Shown: positions 35,517 to 44,211 of the stretch, piece by piece
Position numbering within the stretch: position 1 is the stretch's first letter
How the letters are laid out: each line of letters starts with the position of its first letter
Source: an uncultured Eubacteriales bacterium
Lineage (GTDB): Bacteria > Bacillota > Clostridia > Oscillospirales > Acutalibacteraceae
Direction of reading: 5' to 3'
Assembly: GCA_948537335.1 (NCBI GenBank)
Contig: CAOUJG010000005.1
Span: 2,580-66,579 of the forward strand
DNA length: 64,000 nucleotides
Program-made: the position numbers and the translations under genes
Notes under the pieces: model-generated
What the model saw: the letters and a program-made list of their open reading frames with translations, nothing else
The model's database searches: none
What the model was told of the DNA's origin: nothing

Positions 35517-35528
35517 ATTGGATAGCGC

Positions 35529-36461
35529 ATGGTGACTTATTATAAGAACGTGAAGGGCAAGCTTACGGAGGTTAAGGACTATGAGCCGGAGTGCTGGATA
35601 AATTGCACGGCGCCCGACGACGACGAGAAGGACAAGCTGATTGACGAGTTTGGCATTGACCCGGACTTTTTGAAGTCGGCCTTGGACGAAGAGGAGTCCT
35701 CGCATATAGACTGCGAAAACGGCAATACGCTTATTATTGTGGATATTCCTGTGGCACGAAAAAACGAGAAAAGCATCACTTACCATACCACTCCGCTTGG
35801 CATAATCATCACGGACACGAACGTTATTACCCTCTGCCTGCGCGAGAACGTCATTATTGGCGAGTTTGCTGAAGGTGTGGTGCGGAACATCTACCCGCAG
35901 TATAAAACGCAGTTCGTCTTGCATATCATTTTGCGGGCGACGATTAAGTACTTGCAATACTTGAAGCAGATTGATAAAATCAGCGACCACGCGGAGCACG
36001 AGCTAAGAAAATCGATGAAGAACAAGGAGCTCATCCAGCTTTTGGAAATAGAGAAGTCGTTGGTCTACTTTTCGTCATCGTTAAAGGCAAACGAGGCGAC
36101 GCTTGAGAAAATAGCGCGGGGCCGGCTGATAAAGCTGTTTGACGAAGACCGCGACCTTTTGGACGACGTGCTGATAGAAGTCAAGCAGGCCATAGAGATG
36201 TCGAACATACATATGAACATTTTGGCCAGCACGATGGACGTTTTCGCATCGATAATCTCGAACAACTTGAATATAGTGATGAAAGTGCTCGCGTCGATAA
36301 CTTTGCTGTCGTCGATACCAACGATTATTTCTGGCATCTACGGCATGAACGTTGAATATTTGCCGTTTACGCAAAGACAGTATTGGTGGTTCCCGGTGAT
36401 CCTCACCGGCGCGATAGTCGCGGTCGTCGCGTACATATTAAAGAAGAAGGATATGCTGTGA
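35529..36461 (+). CDS. corA: Magnesium/cobalt transporter CorA
   Basis: 'GIYGMNVEYLPF' GMN motif followed by two C-terminal TM helices. Confidence 0.9.
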   Translation: MVTYYKNVKGKLTEVKDYEPECWINCTAPDDDEKDKLIDEFGIDPDFLKSALDEEESSHIDCENGNTLIIVDIPVARKNEKSITYHTTPLGIIITDTNVITLCLRENVIIGEFAEGVVRNIYPQYKTQFVLHIILRATIKYLQYLKQIDKISDHAEHELRKSMKNKELIQLLEIEKSLVYFSSSLKANEATLEKIARGRLIKLFDEDRDLLDDVLIEVKQAIEMSNIHMNILASTMDVFASIISNNLNIVMKVLASITLLSSIPTIISGIYGMNVEYLPFTQRQYWWFPVILTGAIVAVVAYILKKKDML

Positions 36462-36487
36462 TTTGATGAAAATTTAGCGCACAAAAT

Positions 36488-36529
36488 AAAGCTCTACATT
36501 GGCTTAACTTCGGGCCTGTAGAGCTTTTT
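36488..36529. terminator. Bidirectional terminator between corA and the ABC-2 permease gene
   Basis: AAAGCTCTACA...TGTAGAGCTTT 11-bp stem with A/T runs on both sides. Confidence 0.8.
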
Positions 36530-36560
36530 GCTTTATATATAAATTTATTATGAAAGGAAG

Positions 36561-37349
36561 CTAATTAATATCCCTCTGCTTGAAGGTGTAGATCCCGACC
36601 ACGGTTGCAATTGCGATATAAACAAGCAGCACGATTACGCCTCGAACAAGTTGATCCGAGTCTCCAAAAGCACCGAAAATAGTATATGGTTCAACAGTGA
36701 ATTCTAGCTTAAGAACGTCTTTAAGAAATTTGTCTATTAACGTAGCTGCGCTGCTCTCCAAGAAGACAAAAGCCAGGAATATTGCAAGCGAGGAGCCCAA
36801 AGAGCGGAAGAACATGGCTAAAAATATAGCGATGGAGAGGTATGCAAGCAACTGAAGCGAATTTTTTCCAACGGTTTCCCAAAATGAATTATCGATGTTA
36901 AAAAATTCAGGAAGTCGGTTGTTTATCATTATTTGCGCGGTGATAAAGGAAGTCGCAAACGACAACAATATGTTTACAATGGCCACAACCAAGGCCGTTA
37001 TGAATTTAGAAATATATATAAACTCACGCCGATAGCCCTTAGATGCGATGTTTTTAATAGTTCCGTAGCTGAATTCAGAAACGGCAAACATAACAGCAAA
37101 AATGCCGATCAAGAAGGTGCACTGCGGGATAAACTGAGGAATAAACTTAAAAAAAGGGAACACATTTTGAAGAATGATGTCAGAAAACTCGCTGGGCTCA
37201 TTTAGAGCGGTAACGTAAATGGAAAACATCAAAAAAGACGAAAACACAACAAACAAGATGTTAAGAACAGAAATGACCCAAAAAGAAATTGAGCGAAAAG
37301 CCTTATAAAGGTCGGTTTTTAAAACATTAAGCATTTTTGTCGCCTCCAA
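36561..37349 (-). CDS. ABC-2 type transporter permease
   Basis: A 262-aa polytopic membrane protein whose start overlaps the end of the ATPase gene. Confidence 0.75.
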   Translation of the reverse strand: MEATKMLNVLKTDLYKAFRSISFWVISVLNILFVVFSSFLMFSIYVTALNEPSEFSDIILQNVFPFFKFIPQFIPQCTFLIGIFAVMFAVSEFSYGTIKNIASKGYRREFIYISKFITALVVAIVNILLSFATSFITAQIMINNRLPEFFNIDNSFWETVGKNSLQLLAYLSIAIFLAMFFRSLGSSLAIFLAFVFLESSAATLIDKFLKDVLKLEFTVEPYTIFGAFGDSDQLVRGVIVLLVYIAIATVVGIYTFKQRDIN

Positions 37350-38238
37350 TCACCTTCATAAAATATTCTTCCAAGTCAACGGACTTCTTCGAAATCAAGT
37401 CAACAACCACGTCATTCTTGGCCAAAGCGCTAGTCACAACACCCGGAGCATCGATAAAATCGTAAACCTCCAAAGTATTCTCGTTAATAACGGCGAATTT
37501 ATCGGTATCTAACGTGCTTTTCAAAACCTCAGCCGCGCGGTTAGCATCGTTCACCTTGACAATAAGGCTGGACTGGCAGCGAGTCGCGAGCTCATCCCCA
37601 GTGAATTCATCGATAAGAACGCCATCGTTAATTATCCCGTACCGAGTGGCCAGCTTAGACAGCTCGCCCAAAATGTGGCTAGAAATAAGTATAGTCAGGC
37701 CTTTTTCCTGGTTAATCCGCTTAAGCATGTTGCGAACCTCGATGATTCCTTCGGGGTCAAGGCCGTTTGTAGGTTCATCCAAAATGAGAAATTCAGGGTC
37801 ACCCATCAGAGTCATAGCGATGCCAAGGCGTTGCTTCATTCCGAGTGAAAATTTCTTAACCTTTTTTCTGCCAACGTCGCTAAGGCCAACGAGCTTCAAA
37901 GTCTCGTCTATTATGGATTTATCCTTAGAACCAAGCAGCTTCCACTGAATAAGCATGTTCTGCCGGGCGCTCAGATTGGGGACAAAAGCCGGAGCCTCAA
38001 TAACAGTGCCGATCTTGTGGCGAGCCTTGTTTAGTCGCTTGCTGCCAAAAAGCTCAATAGAGCCGCTAGTGGGGCGCGAAAGGCCAACCAACATTTTAAT
38101 AAGAGTCGTCTTACCGGCGCCATTTCGGCCAATAAAGCCATATATGTCGCCCTTTTTGATAGTCATATTCACAGACGATACAGCCGTTTTTTTTGCAAAT
38201 TTTTTGGTAATATCAACAGTCTGCAAAACATTTTCCAT
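37327..38238 (-). CDS. ABC transporter ATP-binding protein
   Basis: Walker A 'GRNGAGKTT', signature 'FSLGMKQR' and Walker B 'FLILDEP'. Confidence 0.9.
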   Translation of the reverse strand: MENVLQTVDITKKFAKKTAVSSVNMTIKKGDIYGFIGRNGAGKTTLIKMLVGLSRPTSGSIELFGSKRLNKARHKIGTVIEAPAFVPNLSARQNMLIQWKLLGSKDKSIIDETLKLVGLSDVGRKKVKKFSLGMKQRLGIAMTLMGDPEFLILDEPTNGLDPEGIIEVRNMLKRINQEKGLTILISSHILGELSKLATRYGIINDGVLIDEFTGDELATRCQSSLIVKVNDANRAAEVLKSTLDTDKFAVINENTLEVYDFIDAPGVVTSALAKNDVVVDLISKKSVDLEEYFMKVIGGDKNA

Positions 38239-38256
38239 ACAAAAAACCTCCTAACT

Positions 38257-38272
38257 TTCACATTAATGTGAA
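38257..38272. promoter_or_regulatory. Perfect 16-bp palindrome (candidate operator) between the promoter -10 and the ABC ATPase RBS
   Basis: TTCACATTAATGTGAA reads the same on both strands. Confidence 0.5.
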
Positions 38273-38275
38273 TTA

Positions 38276-38304
38276 ATTATACCAAAAATCTCGCAAAATG
38301 TCAA
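38276..38304 (-). promoter_or_regulatory. Consensus sigma-A promoter of the ABC operon
   Basis: On the minus strand: TTGACA (38304-38299), a 17-nt spacer, then TATAAT (38281-38276) with an upstream TGg. Confidence 0.7.
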
Positions 38305-38337
38305 GCGCGCCGAGGCATAGGTACAGTTGGTGAAATT

Positions 38338-39732
38338 TTATTTAAAAATCCGCTTAGCAGCAAGATTCATGACTCGGGCAGCGATGGGTCCAGCAGTTTT
38401 AGAGCCATATCCAGCGTTCTCGACGATAACAGAAAATGCAAGAGGCCTCATTTCATCGGCAGCAAAGCCAACCATCCACCCGTGAGGCTCTTTGCCATCG
38501 CCAACCTCGGCAGTTCCAGTCTTTGCACAAACGTTCAAGCCCGGAAACATCGAGTTGCCGTAATTCGCAGTAACGTTGTAGCGCATCATTTCTTTAAGCT
38601 TGCTAGCAACAGGCTCGCTCAATAGGGATTCCGTAGTGGTGCTCTTCTCAAAAATCCAGCTGCTGTCGGATTGATTAGCATCAGAATAAAAAATATCGCC
38701 AATAATGTGCGGCAGAACGGCGTTGCCAGAGTTCGCAATGGCGCCCATCAGTATGACGCTGTGCATGGGGTTGAGTAAATCGGTGTGCTGCCCGACGCCG
38801 GACCAACCCAGATTGCAACTATCGGCGTCGTGAATGTCATAAACGCTCTTTTTAGTCTCGATCCGATCAAAACTGAAACTGCGGTTAAAGCCCATAGCAT
38901 TCGCGGTTTTCGTCATAGAAGACTTGCCCAAATCAATTGCCAAATTCGCGAAATAAATGTTGCAAGACCTCATCATAGCGGCCTTCAGGCCAATTTCGCC
39001 ATGAGTGCCCATGCAAGTGATTTTTTTGCCGCTCACAGTCTCAACCTGCCGGCAGGAGTAGGTTTTGTGCTCAATGCCGTCTAAAAAAGTCAGCCCGGCC
39101 GCGCTAGTAACGAGCTTAAAGACGGACCCCGGCGCATAGGACGCGCTAACAACGCGGTTAATGTAAGCGCCCTCGTACTGGCCGGACTTGTCGGAAGAAA
39201 CCACGTCGGGACAGTAAGGGTCAAAGGTCGGCGTGCTCACCATGCAGAGAATCTCGCCAGTTTTGTAATTATAAACACATACGGCGCCCTTGCGGTCGCC
39301 CAAGGCGGCCATAGCGGCCTTGCAAAGTTCGCTATCTATGGTCACTCGGATGTTTTTGCTTTGCTTAAAAAAGTCCGGCGCGCCCGCGCCAAAGACGATG
39401 CTATACCCGCAGAGCTCGTCGCGGTACAAATTCTGCACAGAAGTCGCAATATGGGCAGCGTCGTCGCCCACCGTGTGCAAAACCGCCTTGCGAATGGCCT
39501 CATCTTTGTGATAAACCCGCTTGCCGTCTTTGCTGTGAGCCAAAACAACGCCGTTCCGGTCCAGAATATCGCCGCCAGCCAGCAGATTAACTCCGGCAAA
39601 GTGCTTGTTAATCGGGTTGAGCGCCCACAAATTGGCCGACCGAGCAAATCGATACACAAAGAGTCCGATTCCGCATAAGAAAGCCAAGCTTAGAAATGTT
39701 AGCACAACGGAGCGCGACCGAGTATTCTTCAT
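38338..39732 (-). CDS. Class B penicillin-binding protein (PBP2/PbpA-like transpeptidase)
   Basis: N-terminal TM, 'GSVFK' (SxxK), 'SCN' (SxN) and 'KTGTAE' (KTG). It lies directly downstream of a SEDS gene. Confidence 0.85.
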   Translation of the reverse strand: MKNTRSRSVVLTFLSLAFLCGIGLFVYRFARSANLWALNPINKHFAGVNLLAGGDILDRNGVVLAHSKDGKRVYHKDEAIRKAVLHTVGDDAAHIATSVQNLYRDELCGYSIVFGAGAPDFFKQSKNIRVTIDSELCKAAMAALGDRKGAVCVYNYKTGEILCMVSTPTFDPYCPDVVSSDKSGQYEGAYINRVVSASYAPGSVFKLVTSAAGLTFLDGIEHKTYSCRQVETVSGKKITCMGTHGEIGLKAAMMRSCNIYFANLAIDLGKSSMTKTANAMGFNRSFSFDRIETKKSVYDIHDADSCNLGWSGVGQHTDLLNPMHSVILMGAIANSGNAVLPHIIGDIFYSDANQSDSSWIFEKSTTTESLLSEPVASKLKEMMRYNVTANYGNSMFPGLNVCAKTGTAEVGDGKEPHGWMVGFAADEMRPLAFSVIVENAGYGSKTAGPIAARVMNLAAKRIFK

Positions 39733-39754
39733 AAACGTTCACCTACATCGAGAA

Positions 39755-41419
39755 TTAATTGCGTTTAAGCGCGTACGTGCGCTCGTCGGCGGACTTTATA
39801 AACGCCAAAAGCGCGAAAGAAGAGATCATGCTAGAGCCTCCGTGGCTAACAAAGGGCAAAGTGACGCCAGTTAGCGGCAAAATGTCGGTAGTGCCAAAAA
39901 TATGTAAAGCTGCCTGAAAAACCAGCATAGTCGCGGCGGCGCAAGAGGCAATCGAGTAAAACGTAGACCGGCTCTTGCTGCTCTGCCTGCGAGCCAAAAA
40001 CGAAAACCCCGCAATAATCAAAGCGATGCTCAAAGCGACGATCAAGCCCAGTTCTTCGCAGATCATGCCGAAAATCAAGTCTCCAGTGGCCGAAAAAATA
40101 TTTTTAAGGTACCCGTTCCCAACGCCCACACCAAGCAGTCCGCCGCTCGCGCTGTAAGTCAGAACCCTAGTCTGCTGGAAGCCCAGGTCGTTAACGTGCT
40201 CCCAAACGTGCCCCCACACGGCAAAGCGGTCCTTTATGTAAGGCTTGAAGGTTAAAATCAAAAACAGCGCTAAAACCGCCGTGGAGCACGATAGAATCAG
40301 CGTGCGCAAGCTCCCCGAGCGCATAAATGAGATGACCAGGAAAGCGACGAAAAACACGCAGGCGGTGCCGAAGTCCTTCATAAGAAAAAGAAAAATGATG
40401 CAGATAGCCGAAAAGGCAATGAAGCCCGTCAGATTCTTGGTTGTCTGCAGTTCGTCCAAAGTCGAGGAGCCAACAAAAATAAACGCGATCTTTATGAACT
40501 CCGAGGGCTGAAAGGAAAAGGAAGCGATCCGAACCCAGTTGCGGGCGCCGTTTATCTCCCTCGCAAAAACCAGGTTGAAAACAAAAAGCGCAATGGCCAA
40601 AATCGCAATCAGAAAGCGCATTTTGCTGGCAAGGTCGGGGTTTTTGATGAACCAAATTATCAAGCAGAATAGAACCATGCCAACGCAGGTCGTCGCAAGC
40701 TGCAGATAGGCCTCCTCGGGCTTTGCAAAGCTTATTAACGTTAGCCCCACGCCAGAGAGAAATATGGCCAAGGTCTCGAGCTCGAAGGTGCGGCGCTTTA
40801 TGATGAACATCGAAACGGCAAAAAATATCCACGAAAGAGCAATGAAGGCCAAAACCGGAGCCATCGCCAAAAGGTTGACAGACTGGGATTCTATGACGGT
40901 TTGGGTTAAAATCAGACCGAAAAACAGCGTGACTAAAAATAGCTTTCTGGCGGACTTTATGGGCCGAGGACTAACAAGAGCAGGCTCGGAGTTAGACGAA
41001 ATCTCGCGCGAGTCAGAACTTTTGCGCAGAACGAGCTTAGTGTTGCCGATAGATATGGCGTCACCGATGCCAATTTTGGCCTTGCCCTTGATTTTTTCGC
41101 CATTAAGAAAAACGCCGGACTTGGAGTGCGTGTCCGAAACGAACCAGCCCTTTTTGCGCCGAAAAAGCACCGCATGATCTCGAGAAACTGTGTTGTCGTC
41201 AACAAAAATATCGCAGCTCCTGCTCCGCCCAATGCTGTTCTCCCAAAACAAAACCGGGTACTCTTGCCGAGTCTTGGGGTTTTGCAAAATAACCAAAGCG
41301 CCCTTGCCGCGGGTCTGGTTGCGCATCGACAAAAAACAAGAGGCGAATATAATAAAACTTAAAAGTGCCAAAGCAGCCTTAATCGCGACCGCAGCTACGG
41401 GGATAATGTTTGTACTCAT
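39755..41419 (-). CDS. FHA-domain / SEDS (RodA/FtsW/SpoVE family) fusion protein
   Basis: The N-terminal TM plus 'IGRSRSCDIFVDDNTVSRDHAVLFRRKKGWFVSDTHSKSGVFLNGEKI' is an FHA domain. The C-terminal polytopic part ends '...LPLTGVTLPFVSHGGSSM', the SEDS motif. ATG 41419 follows GCGAGG. Confidence 0.85.
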   Translation of the reverse strand: MSTNIIPVAAVAIKAALALLSFIIFASCFLSMRNQTRGKGALVILQNPKTRQEYPVLFWENSIGRSRSCDIFVDDNTVSRDHAVLFRRKKGWFVSDTHSKSGVFLNGEKIKGKAKIGIGDAISIGNTKLVLRKSSDSREISSNSEPALVSPRPIKSARKLFLVTLFFGLILTQTVIESQSVNLLAMAPVLAFIALSWIFFAVSMFIIKRRTFELETLAIFLSGVGLTLISFAKPEEAYLQLATTCVGMVLFCLIIWFIKNPDLASKMRFLIAILAIALFVFNLVFAREINGARNWVRIASFSFQPSEFIKIAFIFVGSSTLDELQTTKNLTGFIAFSAICIIFLFLMKDFGTACVFFVAFLVISFMRSGSLRTLILSCSTAVLALFLILTFKPYIKDRFAVWGHVWEHVNDLGFQQTRVLTYSASGGLLGVGVGNGYLKNIFSATGDLIFGMICEELGLIVALSIALIIAGFSFLARRQSSKSRSTFYSIASCAAATMLVFQAALHIFGTTDILPLTGVTLPFVSHGGSSMISSFALLAFIKSADERTYALKRN

Positions 41420-41630
41420 GATAAGCCTCGCTTTTGCTGTGTTTTTGGTTGAATTCAAATTTTAATTTTCTTTTTTGACAATATTTTAGCATAAATTTTA
41501 GTTTAGTCAAACCGCAGCCGCAAGGGGAGCAGGTGGTGCGGGGCGAGCTTTTTTGTGTGTGGAGGTATATAAATTGCGAGATTTTATGGTATAATAAACT
41601 TGTAAATTGATTGTGGTGGGAGGACTGCAG

Positions 41631-42920
41631 ATGCAAAGCAAATTTTCTCGGCTGGAAATTGCCCCCGGCGTCAGCTTTAACGCCATTAAGGACGATCGCT
41701 TTAAAACGGGTAGAATTTCTGTAACCATGTTTTTGCCTCTTGAGAGGGAAACGGCCGCGGTTTATGCGGTTTTGCCGTTTGTGCTAACCAATTCTTGTCG
41801 CAAATATCCCGACTTTACGAGCCTAAATCGGCATCTGGAGGAGCTTTATGGAGCTTCGCTTTTTGCGGACGTAAACAAAATGGGCGAAATGCAGGCACTC
41901 ACGGTTGCAGTCTCCTTCTTGGACGACAAGTTCGCGCTGGATGGAGAGAACTTATCGCGCAGCCTAACGCAGCTTCTCTGCGACATTTTGTTCGACCCGC
42001 TGCTAACAGAGGCCGGTGCCTTTAAAGAAGAGAATGTGGAGCAGGAAAAACGCCAGCTTATTGAGCTCATTGACTCGGAGTATAGTGACAAAAAGGCATT
42101 TGCCAAGACTCGGTGCGAGCAGATAATGTGTCAGGACGAGAAGTTTGGTATCAGCAAATGGGGTAAAAAAGAGGAAGTTGCAGCACTATCGCCAAAGGAC
42201 ATCGTAAAAGCATGGAAAACCGCGCTAAAGACAGCCAAAATAGAGATCATGGCGCTGGGAGACTTAGATGAAAAGTCAGCACTGGCGGGATTTAAAGAGG
42301 CCTTTTCTAAGATAAAAAGAGAAAACGTGGCCAAGTTCGAGACGCAGGTGATCAGAAAGGCAGAGAAAGTTAAGGAGCAGTGCGAAAAACAGGACGTAGC
42401 GCAGTGCAAGCTGGTGATGGGCTTTAGGACGGGGGCTGCGCAGACAGATCCCTCAGTGATGGCTGTTAGAGTGGCTGTCGCGCTGTTTGGAGCAACGCCG
42501 CAGTCAAAGCTATTTTTGAACGTTCGCGAAAAGCTGAGTTTGTGCTATTATTGTGCCGCAAAGTATGATAGAATCAAAGGTATAATGCTGGTTCAGAGCG
42601 GGGTGGAGCAAAAGAACCTCGATAAAGCCAGGGCCGAGATATTGAATCAGCTGGATGAGATAAAAAACGGAAACTTCACCGACGCCGAGCTTGACGATAC
42701 CAAGCGGAGTTTGGCTAACAGCTACCGAACAATTGGCGATTTTTTGAGCGGACTTGAAAATTTTTATCTTTCGCAGGTCTTTGACGGTGAATTTTTGGCT
42801 CCGGAGCAGTTCATAGAGGCCATGGAAAAGGTCAAAAAGGAGCAGGTGGCGGCCGCCGCAAAATTGATCACGCTGGACACGGTGTACGCGCTGGTGGGGA
42901 GCGAGGAGGTTGCAAGATGA
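41631..42920 (+). CDS. M16 (pitrilysin) family peptidase-like protein lacking an obvious HxxEH motif
   Basis: The length and sequence pattern match the YmfF/YmfH-type pairs. It is translationally coupled to the next gene (ATGA overlap). Confidence 0.7.
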   Translation: MQSKFSRLEIAPGVSFNAIKDDRFKTGRISVTMFLPLERETAAVYAVLPFVLTNSCRKYPDFTSLNRHLEELYGASLFADVNKMGEMQALTVAVSFLDDKFALDGENLSRSLTQLLCDILFDPLLTEAGAFKEENVEQEKRQLIELIDSEYSDKKAFAKTRCEQIMCQDEKFGISKWGKKEEVAALSPKDIVKAWKTALKTAKIEIMALGDLDEKSALAGFKEAFSKIKRENVAKFETQVIRKAEKVKEQCEKQDVAQCKLVMGFRTGAAQTDPSVMAVRVAVALFGATPQSKLFLNVREKLSLCYYCAAKYDRIKGIMLVQSGVEQKNLDKARAEILNQLDEIKNGNFTDAELDDTKRSLANSYRTIGDFLSGLENFYLSQVFDGEFLAPEQFIEAMEKVKKEQVAAAAKLITLDTVYALVGSEEVAR

Positions 42921-44209
42921 TTTTGAAAGAAGTGAAGAGCAATCGGCTGGGGGACAAGTACTTTTGTGTCGAGCACGCTTCGGGTCTGAGGGTTTTTGTG
43001 TACCCCAAACGCGGCCACAGCTCGACTTACGCGATAATCGGGACGAAATATGGCTCGATTAATACTAGCTTTAAGCCATGCGGAGAGAACAACGTTATGC
43101 AGGTGCCCGATGGAATCGCGCATTACCTGGAACACAAGCTCTTTGAGAGCGAAGATGGCGACGCTTTTTCAAAGTATGCAAAGACCGGAGCCTCTGCCAA
43201 CGCCTACACCTCGTTCGACATGACTTGCTACTTGTTTTCTTGCACCGAAAAATTTGAGGGGTCGCTGAAAATCCTCATGGAGCTTGTGCAGTCGCCGTAT
43301 TTCACGCCGGAAAACGTCGAAAAGGAGCGCGGGATCATTGGCCAAGAGATAAGAATGTACGACGATGACCCGTCCTGGCGGGTGATGTTTAATTTGCTCG
43401 GCGCGATGTATCACAAGCACCCCGTGAAGGTGGATATCGCGGGCACGGTGGAGTCGATTGCGAAGATCACGCCCGAGAATTTGTATAAGTGCTACAAGAA
43501 TTTTTATAACCCGAGTAACATGGTGCTTTGCGTTGCCGGGAACGTAGATGCGGAGCGGGTTTTTGAGCTTGTGGATGAGCTGGTGAAGCCAAACGACGGG
43601 AAGGTTCCGGAGTGCATCTTCCCTGATGAGCCCTATAACGTCGTAACGGACAGGATCGAGCAGCATTTCGAGATTGCGATGCCGACGTTTCAGCTGGGAT
43701 TCAAGGAGAAGGCCGGCAAAGATCCGCTAACTGAGGAGCAGCTGGTGCAGACGGATATAATCTTGCAGGCGCTGGCGTCGAAGTCGTCGCGGCTTTACAA
43801 ACGCCTGCTGGACGAGCGCTTGATAAACGACTCCTTTGGCTATGAGTATTTTGAGGGGCGCGGCTATGCGGCGGTCATTTTTTCTGGTGAGTCGAAGGAT
43901 CCCGACAAGACGGCAAAAATCATAAAAGAGGCGATTGATGAGCTTCACAAAAACGGTGTGGACAAGGATGACTTTGAGCGGGCTAAAAAGCTGGTTTATG
44001 GCCGAAACGTCGCGATGCTTAATAGTGCGGAGAATATCGCGAACGAAATGATGAAGTTGTCATTTGCCGGCCGGGAGCTATTTCACGCAGTCGAATGCAT
44101 CGCAAACACCACGCTGGATCAGATAAACGACCGGTTGAAGCATCAGCTCGACAACAAAAATTCGTCGCTGTCCGTAGTGCTGCCGATGCCGGGCAAAAAG
44201 GGAAAGTGA
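42917..44209 (+). CDS. M16 family zinc peptidase (active-site subunit)
   Basis: Inverted zinc motif 'HYLEHKLF' (HxxEH). Confidence 0.85.
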   Translation: MILKEVKSNRLGDKYFCVEHASGLRVFVYPKRGHSSTYAIIGTKYGSINTSFKPCGENNVMQVPDGIAHYLEHKLFESEDGDAFSKYAKTGASANAYTSFDMTCYLFSCTEKFEGSLKILMELVQSPYFTPENVEKERGIIGQEIRMYDDDPSWRVMFNLLGAMYHKHPVKVDIAGTVESIAKITPENLYKCYKNFYNPSNMVLCVAGNVDAERVFELVDELVKPNDGKVPECIFPDEPYNVVTDRIEQHFEIAMPTFQLGFKEKAGKDPLTEEQLVQTDIILQALASKSSRLYKRLLDERLINDSFGYEYFEGRGYAAVIFSGESKDPDKTAKIIKEAIDELHKNGVDKDDFERAKKLVYGRNVAMLNSAENIANEMMKLSFAGRELFHAVECIANTTLDQINDRLKHQLDNKNSSLSVVLPMPGKKGK

Positions 44210-44211
44210 GT

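Noticed and set aside
35344-35528. An M-box (ykoK) Mg2+ riboswitch upstream of corA
   Set aside because: The leader is shorter than an M-box and I could not find the conserved M-box helices or sequence blocks that I remember. I treated it as a different, leader-ORF-type element that needs a covariance-model check.
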